A stretch of DNA of 64,000 nucleotides from Methanocaldococcus sp. 16A (GTDB taxonomy: Archaea; AGJL01; Methanococci; Methanococcales; Methanocaldococcaceae): the NCBI GenBank assembly GCA_049860595.1, contig CP187551.1, one strand, 5' to 3'. The position numbers and the translations under genes were made by a program. Positions 31,379 to 41,789 of the stretch are shown piece after piece; positions within the stretch are counted from its first letter, which is position 1; every line of letters starts with the position of its first letter. The notes beneath the pieces were generated by a model. It did not search any database and had not been told where the DNA came from. It was given only the letters and a program-made list of their open reading frames with translations.

Positions 31379-32731
31379 TTAATTATCCTTCCTCTTTTTT
31401 AATAATTCAACTACAAAATCTTTCTTTTTAATTGCTTCATCACATGCTTTTTTAACCTTTTCTTTCATCTCCTCAAAGTTCTCAGGTTTTTTCTCACCAA
31501 CAACCTTTTTAACTGGTGTGTAGGCAGATTCTCTAAACATTGGTTTTAGTGGGATTTTTTTGTTTCCATCAACTAAATAACTCTCATTACCTTCTTCAAC
31601 ATATCCAACTTCTATAGCTCCAGTAACTTTTTTTATCTCTTTAGCATATTCTTCGGGACAAATAATCATTAGAGAGTCTGTAGAAACTCCAAGAGGGTCT
31701 ATGTTCAATGCCTCAAGCATTTCTAAAACCTTTGGATTAATTGTTTTATAAACCTTCTCTTTATCAAATATTAATGAAACTTTGGCTGTTTTTGAAATTT
31801 CATAAGCATCTCCTCTTAAACCACCATTTGTAACATCAGTCATTGCATGAATATTTTTAATTAAACCACTTCTAATCAAGTTTTGGCAAGCTTTTATAAA
31901 ATCTACATTTAAAGTTTCATAAATCACATCAAACCATCCGTAATATAGGGCAGTTGTCGTTATTGTCCCTCCTCCACTACCCTCTGTCATCAATATGATA
32001 TCTCCAACCTCAGCATTTCTTCTTGCTGTTGGTTCTCCTTCTTTAATAACTCCTATAGCCCCTACAGCACTAACCAACCTGTCTCCAATTACCATATCTC
32101 CTCCAACTCTTAAAGTGCTTCCCCCTATTAAAGGGACATTAACCGCCTCAGAAACTGCACATATTCCTGCTGTGAAATCAAATATTTTTCCAATATCTCC
32201 ATCATCAGCTAAATGCACATCACTAATTAAAGCAACAGCCTCAGCTCCCATAACATAAATATCTCTTAAAGCAGCTCTTGCTACATGAAAACCTCCTAAG
32301 AATGGGAAATCACTAAGCCTTGAATGAGTACCATCTATTGCTGCCACTATATATTTGGCATCAGCCTTAACAATTCCAGCATCATCTTGCTCTTCAGCTG
32401 AAACATAGGCTTTAACTTTAGTGCTTTTAACTATCCTTGCTATCTCTCTATGAACAAAGAAATCTCCTTCTCCTCTACTTCCAACTCCCATTTTTCCCAT
32501 TGTAACTTTTGATTCTGGATATTTCAACAGGTTTTTTAAATTCTCATCATCAATTTCTTTAAATTTTTCAGTAGTTTTTACCTCTTCCAATATTGCTTTT
32601 ATAAACTTTTTGGCAAATTTCTCATCCACATCTTCTTTAATCTCTAATATTCTCTTAAATCCATCTTCAATAATCTTATTTTCTGGAATTTTTTTTCTTA
32701 GACATCTTCTAACATATCCTTCTAAGTCCAT
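31379..32731 (-). CDS. AIR synthase-related (PurM/HypE/ThiL superfamily) protein
   Basis: DDAGIV, DGTHSRL, GGSTL, AMTDVTNGGL. Confidence 0.85.
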   Translation of the reverse strand: MDLEGYVRRCLRKKIPENKIIEDGFKRILEIKEDVDEKFAKKFIKAILEEVKTTEKFKEIDDENLKNLLKYPESKVTMGKMGVGSRGEGDFFVHREIARIVKSTKVKAYVSAEEQDDAGIVKADAKYIVAAIDGTHSRLSDFPFLGGFHVARAALRDIYVMGAEAVALISDVHLADDGDIGKIFDFTAGICAVSEAVNVPLIGGSTLRVGGDMVIGDRLVSAVGAIGVIKEGEPTARRNAEVGDIILMTEGSGGGTITTTALYYGWFDVIYETLNVDFIKACQNLIRSGLIKNIHAMTDVTNGGLRGDAYEISKTAKVSLIFDKEKVYKTINPKVLEMLEALNIDPLGVSTDSLMIICPEEYAKEIKKVTGAIEVGYVEEGNESYLVDGNKKIPLKPMFRESAYTPVKKVVGEKKPENFEEMKEKVKKACDEAIKKKDFVVELLKKRKDN

Positions 32732-32892
32732 TTTTTCACCAAATAAAAACTTATAAATATTAGCTTCTGTATTTTCAATATTAGTTTTACTATAATTATA
32801 GATTATGAGATTATAAAAATTATTTATTTAGATATTTTATAAAAATTTACAGTAAAAAAATAAATTTTTAACTAAGTTTAAGGTGTAGAGTC

Positions 32893-34851
32893 ATGTTTTC
32901 AATAAAATTTAAAACCACTGAAGAACTGCCTGAACCTTCTCCAAGATTGATTGACCAGGTTATTGGGCAAGATGAGGCTGTAAAAATTGTTTTATCAGCT
33001 GTAAAAAATAAAAGAAATGTTATTTTATTAGGGGACCCTGGAGTAGGAAAGTCAATGATAGTTAAAGCAATTGGAGAAATTTTACAAGATTTTGGAGAAT
33101 TTAAACCTTATTATGTAATTGCAAAACCAAATTTAAAGAATATGGAGAGACCAATAGTTGAGGTTATTGATGGAGAATATAAAGAGGATTCAAAAGACGT
33201 GGCAAAATTAGACTTTAAAACTCCAAATTCAACAACCTTACTTTTAATAATGATTATGGCAATTTTATTATCAGAGTTTCTTTTAAGAGATATGCCTAAA
33301 GAATATCTACTCGCCGCTGTAACTATAACATCTCTTATAGTTTTAATTTTTGGATTTGTAATTATATTAACTACTATAATGGGAGCTTCAAGGGCATCTA
33401 TGTCAAATAATTTAAACCCAATGGATTTAAAGCCAGTATTACTGTACGAATGCAAAAAAAGACCTCTTGTAAGAGCAAGTGCTTACAACGTAACAAGGTT
33501 GTTAGGAGATATAAAGCATTGTCCATTAGGAGGAAGACCTCCATTAGGAACTCCTCCACATAAGAGGATAATTTTAGGAGCGATTCATGAAGCACACAGA
33601 GGAATTTTGTATGTAGATGAAATAAAGACAATGCCATTGGAAGTGCAAGATTATATCTTAACAGCATTACAAGATAAAAAGCTCCCAATTAGTGGAAGAA
33701 ATCCAAATTCAAGTGGGGCTACTGTAGAAACAAATCCAATACCTTGCGATTTCATCTTAATAATGTCTGGAAACATGGATGATGTTTATAATTTAAGGGC
33801 CCCATTGTTAGATAGAATTGACTATAAAATAGTTTTAAAGAACAAGATGGATAATACTTTGGAGAATAGAGATAAGTTATTGCAGTTTATAGTTCAAGAA
33901 ATTAAAAATAATAACTTAAACCCAATGACTTATGATGGATGTTGTGAAGTTGTAAAAATTGCTCAATACTTAGCTGGTTCTAAGGATAAATTAACCTTAA
34001 GACTAAGATTGTTAGCTAATATAATAAAAATGGCTAATGATGTAGCAATGGGTAAAGATATTGAGGAATTATTGGGTAATTTTGATGATGAAGGTAACTA
34101 TAAACCTGAAACTCAAAAAGATAAAAATAACGAAGTGTATATAACAGCTGAGCACATAAGAAAGGTATTTGAATCTGGAATCTACAGTATGGAGAAACAA
34201 GTGGCATTAAACTACATTAAAAACTTCAAGAGATACAAGCATATAGTGCCAAACGATAAGCCAAAGGTTGGAGTAATTCACGGCTTAGCAGTTTTAGGAG
34301 CTGGAGGGATTGGAGATGTAACAAAGATTATAGTTCAAATATTGGATTCAAAAAATCCTGGAACTCATCTACTAAATATTTCTGGAGATATTGCAAAGCA
34401 CTCAATAACTTTAGCTTCAGCATTATCAAAAAAACTTGTTAGTGAGGGTAAATTGCCACTACCTAAGAAGGATATTGACCTAAATAACAAAGAGATATAT
34501 ATCCAATTCAGCCAGTCATATTCAAAGATTGATGGAGATAGTGCTACAGCTGCAGTTTGTTTAGCAATAATCTCAGCTTTATTAGATATTCCATTAAAAC
34601 AGGACTTCGCTATAACTGGAAGCTTAGATTTAAGTGGAAATGTTTTAGCAATTGGTGGAGTTAATGAAAAAATAGAGGCAGCAAAGAGATATGGGTTTAA
34701 GAGGGTTATTATTCCAGAGGCAAACATGGTAGATGTTATTGAGACAGAAGGAATAGAGATTATTCCTGTAAAAACTTTAGATGAAATAATTCCTCTCGTA
34801 TTTGATTTAGATTCTATAAAAGATAAAAAAGAAGATATCAAAACAAATTAA
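32893..34851 (+). CDS. lonB: Membrane-anchored Lon protease (LonB)
   Basis: GDPGVGKS, two TM helices within AAA, AHRGILYVDE, DGDSA, IGGVNEK. Confidence 0.95.
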   Translation: MFSIKFKTTEELPEPSPRLIDQVIGQDEAVKIVLSAVKNKRNVILLGDPGVGKSMIVKAIGEILQDFGEFKPYYVIAKPNLKNMERPIVEVIDGEYKEDSKDVAKLDFKTPNSTTLLLIMIMAILLSEFLLRDMPKEYLLAAVTITSLIVLIFGFVIILTTIMGASRASMSNNLNPMDLKPVLLYECKKRPLVRASAYNVTRLLGDIKHCPLGGRPPLGTPPHKRIILGAIHEAHRGILYVDEIKTMPLEVQDYILTALQDKKLPISGRNPNSSGATVETNPIPCDFILIMSGNMDDVYNLRAPLLDRIDYKIVLKNKMDNTLENRDKLLQFIVQEIKNNNLNPMTYDGCCEVVKIAQYLAGSKDKLTLRLRLLANIIKMANDVAMGKDIEELLGNFDDEGNYKPETQKDKNNEVYITAEHIRKVFESGIYSMEKQVALNYIKNFKRYKHIVPNDKPKVGVIHGLAVLGAGGIGDVTKIIVQILDSKNPGTHLLNISGDIAKHSITLASALSKKLVSEGKLPLPKKDIDLNNKEIYIQFSQSYSKIDGDSATAAVCLAIISALLDIPLKQDFAITGSLDLSGNVLAIGGVNEKIEAAKRYGFKRVIIPEANMVDVIETEGIEIIPVKTLDEIIPLVFDLDSIKDKKEDIKTN

Positions 34852-34875
34852 TAGTTAATAAAAAGAAGGGCTACT

Positions 34876-35169
34876 ATGGATGATAAGGAAATTGAAGAGA
34901 GATTGGAGGTATTGAGTAAAAAGATTTTAGAAATTGAGAAAAGGGTGGATGCAAAACTAAAGGAAAATGATAAAAGATTGGTGGAGAAAGCTGAGAAATT
35001 ATTAAAACCAGAAGTGTTATTGGCTTTAGGGATATGTTTAAAAACTATGGATGATATAAAGAAAATTTTAGCAATAATTCGTGTAAGTATTTTGGTTTTA
35101 GGAATATTGATGGTATTTTTATATTTCCTTGTCATTGCTCTAATGTTAAAAATAGCAAAAATATTTTAA
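34876..35169 (+). CDS. Hypothetical coiled-coil protein with C-terminal TM anchor
   Basis: Charged heptads then ~25-aa hydrophobic tail; same strand as flanking genes with short gaps. Confidence 0.65.
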   Translation: MDDKEIEERLEVLSKKILEIEKRVDAKLKENDKRLVEKAEKLLKPEVLLALGICLKTMDDIKKILAIIRVSILVLGILMVFLYFLVIALMLKIAKIF

Positions 35170-35177
35170 GTGAGATT

Positions 35178-35738
35178 ATGGATAAAAGCCAGTTTATTGA
35201 AATCTGTAAAAGATTGTATGACAGGAAGTATGTTGTAGGTAGTGGGGGAAATGTATCAGTTAGAGAAAAAGATAAAGTATATCTAACTCCAACAGGCTCA
35301 ATCTTAGGATTTTTAAAAGAAGATGACATAGCTGAAGTTGATTTAGATGGTAATGTTATAAAAGGAAAACCTACATCAGAAAAAAATCTCCACTTAATGA
35401 TTTATAAAAAAAGAAAAGATATAAATGCAATAATTCATACTCATTCACTTATTTCAACTTTTTTATCAACAATAAATAAGGAAATTGAGCTTTTAACACC
35501 GGAGGGAGAGATATTTTTAAAAAAGATTGGTTATGTAGATTATTTTGAAGCAGGTAGTTTGAAATTGGCTGAAGAAACTGCAAAAAGAGATGAGGATGTA
35601 ATTATATTAAAAAATCATGGTGTTGTGTGCTTAGGAAAAGATTTGATGGATGCGTATGTAAAGGTAGAAGTTTTAGAAGAACAGGCAAAGCTCACACTTT
35701 TAAAGTATTTATCAAATAAATTATTTAACCCTCTCTAA
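35178..35738 (+). CDS. fucA: Class II aldolase (L-fuculose-phosphate aldolase family)
   Basis: GGNVS, TPTG, PTSE..LH, IHTHS, LKNHG. Confidence 0.88.
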   Translation: MDKSQFIEICKRLYDRKYVVGSGGNVSVREKDKVYLTPTGSILGFLKEDDIAEVDLDGNVIKGKPTSEKNLHLMIYKKRKDINAIIHTHSLISTFLSTINKEIELLTPEGEIFLKKIGYVDYFEAGSLKLAEETAKRDEDVIILKNHGVVCLGKDLMDAYVKVEVLEEQAKLTLLKYLSNKLFNPL

Positions 35739-36026
35739 TTCACTAACAATGCTCCATATTTGAGTTCTTGTGTGAAGTGGCATGTTTGGGTCGTTACTAA
35801 TCTCATCCAATATATGGATTGCTGTTGCACTTCTAACAATTGGTTCCTCCCCCTCTTTTAAAACAGCTTCCTTAGCTTTTTCTGCAGCAGCTCTAATGTT
35901 TCTTGGAACTGTTGTATCATTAATTATCTCATCCAACATTAAAGCTACTCCTTTTAATATTTCTTCAGGTGTTTTCTCTCTCGCTGCACTACCAAATACC
36001 ATAACTCTCACCTCCAAACAAAGCAT
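35721..36026 (-). CDS. UPF0147 family protein
   Basis: DTTVPRNIR...[17 protein letters not shown]. Confidence 0.9.
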   Translation of the reverse strand: MLCLEVRVMVFGSAAREKTPEEILKGVALMLDEIINDTTVPRNIRAAAEKAKEAVLKEGEEPIVRSATAIHILDEISNDPNMPLHTRTQIWSIVSELERVK

Positions 36027-36127
36027 TATGATATTTAAAAGAGAAAAAGTTAATAGTTAATATTATTGTTTAGTAGGCTTTAACTATTTATTACTTTAGG
36101 AAATATTTAGGTTTATCGGTGGAATAT

Positions 36128-37930
36128 ATGTGTGGTATTATTGGGTATATAGGTGATGATAAGGCTTCAAAAATCTTATTAAATGGTTTAAGAAGGCTAG
36201 AATATAGAGGATATGACAGCTGTGGAATTGGGGTTATTAATGAGGACAGATTAATTATCAAAAAAAATGTGGGAAAAGTTGAAGAGGTTGCCGAAAAAGA
36301 AGATTTTTTAAGCGTTTGTGGGAATATAGGAATAGGACACTCCAGATGGGCCACTCACGGTAATGTAAGCAAAGAAAACGCTCATCCTCACACTGACTGT
36401 AAAGAAAATATTGCGGTAGTTCATAATGGAATTATAAGCAATTATAAAGATCTAAAAGAAGAATTAACAAAGAAAGGTCACAAATTTAAATCAGAAACAG
36501 ATACTGAAGTTATTCCACATTTAATTGAAGAAGAATTAAAAAAATTTGAAGAAATTAATGAAGAAAATTACATAAAAGCTGTTAAAAATGCAATTAAAAG
36601 ACTAAAAGGAACTTATGCATTGGCAATAATAAATAAAAACTTTCCAAACCTATTAATTGGAGCAAGAAATGAAAGTCCATTAATATTAGGTGTTGGAGAT
36701 AACTGCTATTTTTTGGGTAGTGATATAACTGCATTCTTAGATTACACAAATAAAGCAATTCCTTTAGAGGATGGAGATATTGTTATAATTAAAAAGAAAG
36801 ATAACGGCTATGATGTAGTTATAGAAAACAATGGAAATGTTGTAGAAAGAAAAATAATTGAAATTAATTGGGATATTACTTCAGCTGAAAAGATGGGATA
36901 TCCTCACTTCATGCTAAAAGAAATTATGGAACAACCAGAGGTTTTAAAGGTCTCTGCCAAGATATCTGCTGAAGAAATTAAAAAATTGGCTGAATGCATT
37001 AAAGATTATGATAGGGTTTATCTTGTAGCTATGGGAACTTCTTTACATGCAGCAATGGTTGCAGAATACTTATTTGCAAAGCTTGGGAAGTTAGTTATTG
37101 CATGTGATGCCTCTGAATTTTTAAATAAAGGGGTTGTTGATGAAAAAACATTAGTTATTGGTATTACACAAAGTGGAGAAACTTATGATACATTAAAAGC
37201 TTTGAGATTTGCTAAAAGTAAAAAAGCTAAAACTGCAGTTATAGTAAATGTTTTAGGGAGTACAGCTACAAGAGAGACAGATATAACTATAATGATGGGG
37301 GCAGGAATAGAGATAGCAGTTTGTGCAACTAAAACATATACCTCACAGTTAATGATACTCTACAGATTGTTTATTGAGTATGGAAAGCTTTTAGGCAGAG
37401 ATATGAGCAAGTATGAAAAAGAGATTGAGAAGATTCCAGACTATATAAAACAAGTTTTAGATGAAAAAGATATTATTAGGGATATAGCCAATAATTTAAA
37501 GGTAAATAACTATATATTCATCTCTAAAGGGATAAATATTGCAAGTGCTATGGAAGGAGCGTTAAAATTTAAAGAAATAACTTATTTACATGCAGAGGGA
37601 ATGAGTGGAGGAATGTTAAAGCATGGAACTATATCTTTAATTGATGAAAACATGGATACTGTAGCAATAGTTCCTCCAAGAGATTCTGCTGTATTTAACT
37701 CAATACTGTCAAATATAGAGGAGGTTAGAGCGAGAGGAGGGAAGGTAATTGCTATAACTCCAATTGAAATAGATGGAGCTGAAAATATCTTAGTTCCAGA
37801 AGTTATTGAGGAGATTTCTCCAATTGTTTATGCTCCAGCTTTCCAGTTATTGGCTTATTATAAAGCTGTTGAACTTGGGAGAGATGTAGATAAGCCAAGA
37901 GGTTTAGCTAAGAGTGTTACTGTTGAATAA
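36128..37930 (+). CDS. glmS: Glutamine-fructose-6-phosphate aminotransferase (intein-free)
   Basis: MCGIIG, EYRGYDS, GHSRWATHG, QSGET, LKHG, PRGLAKSVTVE. Confidence 0.97.
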   Translation: MCGIIGYIGDDKASKILLNGLRRLEYRGYDSCGIGVINEDRLIIKKNVGKVEEVAEKEDFLSVCGNIGIGHSRWATHGNVSKENAHPHTDCKENIAVVHNGIISNYKDLKEELTKKGHKFKSETDTEVIPHLIEEELKKFEEINEENYIKAVKNAIKRLKGTYALAIINKNFPNLLIGARNESPLILGVGDNCYFLGSDITAFLDYTNKAIPLEDGDIVIIKKKDNGYDVVIENNGNVVERKIIEINWDITSAEKMGYPHFMLKEIMEQPEVLKVSAKISAEEIKKLAECIKDYDRVYLVAMGTSLHAAMVAEYLFAKLGKLVIACDASEFLNKGVVDEKTLVIGITQSGETYDTLKALRFAKSKKAKTAVIVNVLGSTATRETDITIMMGAGIEIAVCATKTYTSQLMILYRLFIEYGKLLGRDMSKYEKEIEKIPDYIKQVLDEKDIIRDIANNLKVNNYIFISKGINIASAMEGALKFKEITYLHAEGMSGGMLKHGTISLIDENMDTVAIVPPRDSAVFNSILSNIEEVRARGGKVIAITPIEIDGAENILVPEVIEEISPIVYAPAFQLLAYYKAVELGRDVDKPRGLAKSVTVE

Positions 37931-37989
37931 GTTAAATTTATATAATATAGTATAAAATAACATTTTAAAATTTGGAAGAGGGAAGAGTT

Positions 37990-38472
37990 ATGGTTATTAA
38001 AAAAATTATAAAGAAGATTAGAGGAAATAAGGACATACCAAAACCTGTTGAAGTTCCTGATGATGAATATATAGTTATTGGGGAAGAAAAACCTGCTTAC
38101 ATCTTAGAGAATGAGACAGAAGTTGAGTCAGAAGTTTTAGAACCTAAAGAATCTAAAGAAGAAGTAAAAGAAATAGAAGAAGTGGTTAGAGTAGAAAAAA
38201 TTCTACCAAAATTGTATGTTGTTAGGATTAAACATCCTTTGGACTTTGAAAATATAAAAGATAGGGTTTCAGAATACGATGTTGTGATAGTAAATTTTGA
38301 GGAAGTGCCATTTGAATCTATTTTAAAAGAACTTAATGAGTTTAGGGATTATATGAATGTTTTAAATTATAAATTGGGATTTGTTGCTGAAAATGTGTTG
38401 TTAGCTTATAGGGATGACGTAATGTTGGATAAATATATTTCAGAGATTACTGATGATGCTGAAAATGTATAA
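37990..38472 (+). CDS. Divergent SepF-like protein
   Basis: Amphipathic N-terminus, DDEYIVI, acidic linker, C-terminal LYVVRIK...DVVIVNF core like SepF. Confidence 0.55.
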   Translation: MVIKKIIKKIRGNKDIPKPVEVPDDEYIVIGEEKPAYILENETEVESEVLEPKESKEEVKEIEEVVRVEKILPKLYVVRIKHPLDFENIKDRVSEYDVVIVNFEEVPFESILKELNEFRDYMNVLNYKLGFVAENVLLAYRDDVMLDKYISEITDDAENV

Positions 38473-38497
38473 TTCTTTATTTTATTTTGGTGGTTAA

Positions 38498-39028
38498 ATG
38501 AGAATAGCAATAACTGGAACTCCAGGAGTTGGGAAGACTACAGTTTCAAAAGTTTTAGGGGACAAATTGGGACTAAAAGTTATTGATATTACAGAAGTTG
38601 TAAAAAAATATAAACTATATACTGAAAAAGATGAGGATATGGACTCTTATGTTATTGATTTTGAGAAATTGGAAAAATTTATTGATGAGATTGAGGAAAA
38701 AGAAAAAACCATAATATTAGATGGTCATGTATCCCATCTTTTAAATTCTGATTATACAATAGTGCTTAGATGCAATCCTGAAATTATTAAAGAAAGATTA
38801 GAAAAGAGAGGTTATAAGCCAAAAAAGGTTTTAGAGAATGTTCAAGCAGAGATATTGGATGTCTGTTTATGTGAAAGTAAAGGTAGAGTTTATGAGATAG
38901 ATACAACAAATAGAAGTGTAGAGAGTATAGTTAATGAGATTATTGAAGCAATAAAAAATAAAAAAGAAAGAAAGGGGATTGTAAATTGGATGGAGGAATA
39001 TTTTGATTATTTAACTACAACCTTTTAA
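38498..39028 (+). CDS. AK6/Fap7-type adenylate kinase
   Basis: ITGTPGVGKTT, ILDGH, RLEKRGY...KV.ENV.AEI. Confidence 0.92.
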   Translation: MRIAITGTPGVGKTTVSKVLGDKLGLKVIDITEVVKKYKLYTEKDEDMDSYVIDFEKLEKFIDEIEEKEKTIILDGHVSHLLNSDYTIVLRCNPEIIKERLEKRGYKPKKVLENVQAEILDVCLCESKGRVYEIDTTNRSVESIVNEIIEAIKNKKERKGIVNWMEEYFDYLTTTF

Positions 39029-39080
39029 GAAAAGGTTGATCAAAATGGATGCATTGCCTCGCTTCGCTCAGCAATGCCTC
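39018..39080. repeat. Two-hairpin intergenic module (second copy at 53395-53457)
   Basis: CAACCTTTT-AAG-AAAAGGTTG, ATCAAAATGGATGCATTGC-N13-GCAATGCCTC. Confidence 0.75.
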
Positions 39081-39105
39081 TTAGATTATTAAAATTAAAA
39101 GAGTA

Positions 39106-40656
39106 TTAAAAAGTTCGATTTTGTTTAGTTATTAAATAATTTCCTAACAACAAAGCATCAAAATCTGCCTTTAAAAAGCTTTTTATAGCATCTTTTTCAT
39201 CACAAACTATTGGCTCGCCATGTAAATTAAAAGAAGTATTTAAAACAACTGGAATGCCTATAGAATCATGGATATATTTTATTGTTTCGTAGTATGTTTC
39301 ATTTGCTTCTCTTTTTAATGTTTGTGGTCTTGTTGTCTTATCTACATGGATAACTCCCTCTATTTCTTTTATCTTATCCTCTTTAACCTTAAATATTTGA
39401 GTCATAAATGGAGAGTATCTTGGGCTTATTAAATAATCTTCAATAAACTCATATAGTATTGTTGGAGCAAATGGCATAAACCAACTTCTTTTTAACTTTT
39501 TATTTATTTTTTCTTTATTTTCTTTTGTTGGTAATGCTATAACGCTCCTATTCCCCAAAGCTCTCGGTCCAAACTCCATTTTTCCTCTTGATAGACAAAC
39601 AATTTTATTCTCTAAGATTAGATTTCCAACGACTTCTGGAATATCCTTTTCTTCAATGAAATTTATTTTATAGCCATTAAGTTTGTTTTTTAGTTCTTCC
39701 AAAATTTTTTCAGCTTTTTCATTCTCTATTTCATATCCAAAGTATGTATTGTTTATATTTATTCTATTTATTCTTTTATCGGCCAAACTTGCTCCTAAAC
39801 AAAGGCCTTCATCTCCCATAAAAGGTGGGACAAATAAATTATATTTTTCAGCAATTTTTGAGTTCAACTTAACATTTTGAGCTACTCCACCAACAAATAC
39901 AACGTTATTTATATCATATTCATAAGCTAAATCGTTAATTGCCTTTAAAACAACATCCTCCAAAGTTCTTTGAGCAAATTTTGATATCTTAACTTTATCT
40001 TCAAAAGATAATTGGCTTTTATTCTTAATTAATAATTTTTTTAATGCTTTGGTAGCTTCATAACCAATAACTCCAAGATAGTTTTTAAATGATTTTAATT
40101 CTTTTACATAGTCAATAGTTGTTAATGTTATATCGTCTTCTCCATCATAAGATGAGAGAGACATAACTTTACCTTCATCTTCCATTGGTTTAAAACCTAA
40201 AAGTTCAGTTATTGATGCATAAAAATCTCCAACAGAGTCGATTAAATCACTTTGAGCTATAATCTCTAAATTATTTTTGTTTGCTATAGATGCTAAAAAA
40301 GATAATCCATCCCCTCCCCCATCTATTGAAATAACTAAAGCTTCTTTAAATTCTGACAACTTAAATAAATACGAATGGGCTATATGGTGATAAAAATAGA
40401 GAAATTTTTTATTTATCTTGCTTTGAAATTCTTTTATTTTTTTTATTCTTTCTCCTCTTCTAAAAACTCCACCAATAGAAATATATTCAATTTCATCAGC
40501 TTTAACTCTACTTAAAATATAATTTATTGAGTTTTCTGGAAAACCTCTTTGATTCTTTTTCCTTGTAAATCTCTCTTCACTCATTGCAAATAAAATTTTA
40601 TCTTTATCTATTAATGAGGAGCTTGCATTATGCCCATCACAAATACCTAAAATCAT
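39106..40656 (-). CDS. Carbamoyltransferase (NodU/CmcH/TobZ family)
   Basis: MILGI.DGHN, EERFTRKK, HHIAH, DGGGD, EFGPRALGNRS, HVDKTTRPQ, LNTSFNLHGEP. Confidence 0.92.
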   Translation of the reverse strand: MILGICDGHNASSSLIDKDKILFAMSEERFTRKKNQRGFPENSINYILSRVKADEIEYISIGGVFRRGERIKKIKEFQSKINKKFLYFYHHIAHSYLFKLSEFKEALVISIDGGGDGLSFLASIANKNNLEIIAQSDLIDSVGDFYASITELLGFKPMEDEGKVMSLSSYDGEDDITLTTIDYVKELKSFKNYLGVIGYEATKALKKLLIKNKSQLSFEDKVKISKFAQRTLEDVVLKAINDLAYEYDINNVVFVGGVAQNVKLNSKIAEKYNLFVPPFMGDEGLCLGASLADKRINRININNTYFGYEIENEKAEKILEELKNKLNGYKINFIEEKDIPEVVGNLILENKIVCLSRGKMEFGPRALGNRSVIALPTKENKEKINKKLKRSWFMPFAPTILYEFIEDYLISPRYSPFMTQIFKVKEDKIKEIEGVIHVDKTTRPQTLKREANETYYETIKYIHDSIGIPVVLNTSFNLHGEPIVCDEKDAIKSFLKADFDALLLGNYLITKQNRTF

Positions 40657-40675
40657 ATAAACACCAAATACATAT

Positions 40676-40978
40676 TTATAGCTCTCCAATTGCCTTTAAT
40701 TTTCTTTCAATTGTATTTTCTTTATCCTTCCTTTCATCAATTTTTAATTGACTTACCACTCTATCAACATCATTTAAAACTGTTGAATGAGCTTCTTTAA
40801 AAGCTTTTAGAATTTCATCTAAATCTCCTTCCAACACAGTTCCCATAGCGTTTGTCTCAACTTTTAAGTTAAATTTTTTAAAAACTTCAATTGCTTTTTT
40901 AACATATTTTGAGACGCTTGCTCCTTTTCCTAATGGGATTATAGAAACTTCAGCTACTACTTTTCTCATTTTAACCAC
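40676..40978 (-). CDS. MTH1187/UPF0045 thiamine-binding family protein
   Basis: SIIPLG..SVSKYV, AMGTVLEG, KIDERKDK. Confidence 0.9.
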   Translation of the reverse strand: MVKMRKVVAEVSIIPLGKGASVSKYVKKAIEVFKKFNLKVETNAMGTVLEGDLDEILKAFKEAHSTVLNDVDRVVSQLKIDERKDKENTIERKLKAIGEL

Positions 40979-41029
40979 CTAAAAATATATAAAAATGACA
41001 AAATGAAGATAAAATAGAAAGTTTATCTA

Positions 41030-41536
41030 TTATTCTAAATCACTTAATAATTCTTTTAATTTCTCTTTAACTTTTTCTAACTTGTTAGCTAATTGTTCAT
41101 TTTCTTTCTTAAGTTTTTCAATCTCTTCTTCTAACTTCTTAATATCAGCCAACTTTTTCTCTAAGTCTTCTTTTCTAACAACAGCTTCTAAGAATTTTTC
41201 TACCTCTTCAATATTTAATTCTCCTTTCTTTATCATCTCATAGGTTTCTCTAACGAGCTTTCCAGCCTTAGTTTCTCCTTTTAAGTGCTTTCTAATAGTT
41301 TGTTCAGTTCTTCCCAACTCATCCGCAATTTCTCTTATTGTATATCCTGCTTTCTCTCTTGCCAAAGCTCCTGAAGCAATAGCTAAGGAATCTACCCATG
41401 TAACTTTCTCTACTGGGTCTTTTATTAACTCTAAGATTTCTGGTCTGAATAATGTTCCTAAAATTAAAACATGCTCTAATTTGTCTATTTCTGTCTTTGA
41501 GGTTGGAACTAATGGTATCATACTCATCCCCCACAT
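41030..41536 (-). CDS. KaiC-associated HTH regulator with C-terminal coiled coil
   Basis: TWVDSLAIASGALAREKAG..I.EIA.ELGRTEQTIR.HL.G.TKAG. Confidence 0.85.
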   Translation of the reverse strand: MWGMSMIPLVPTSKTEIDKLEHVLILGTLFRPEILELIKDPVEKVTWVDSLAIASGALAREKAGYTIREIADELGRTEQTIRKHLKGETKAGKLVRETYEMIKKGELNIEEVEKFLEAVVRKEDLEKKLADIKKLEEEIEKLKKENEQLANKLEKVKEKLKELLSDLE

Positions 41537-41587
41537 AAACTATTATTTTTATTTTTTCTAATATTATTTTATAATTTACTTAGTATT

Positions 41588-41711
41588 TAAAGTTTTTGCG
41601 AGTTTCATAAAAAATATTCGCAATTAAAATGAAGCTATAGGCTTCAAAATATTCTTAATACATATAAAAAGTGCATTCAAACAGTTATTATTTATTCCTG
41701 CAAAAGTCCTA
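41588..41711. mobile_element. MITE-like repeat copy 4 (left end degenerate)
   Basis: Right end ATTTATTCCTGCAAAAGTCCTA; internal GAAGCTATAGGCTTCAAA and GCATTCAAACAGTTAT shared with copy 6. Confidence 0.55.
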
Positions 41712-41789
41712 TATTAAATACAGTCCAAAAATAATTATTTCAAAAAATAATAAAATTAAGATAAATGACTTATCTTATCCATTAAAATT

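Noticed and set aside
32893-34851. Intein in LonB
   Set aside because: Length and motif spacing are normal, with no splice-junction or LAGLIDADG motifs.
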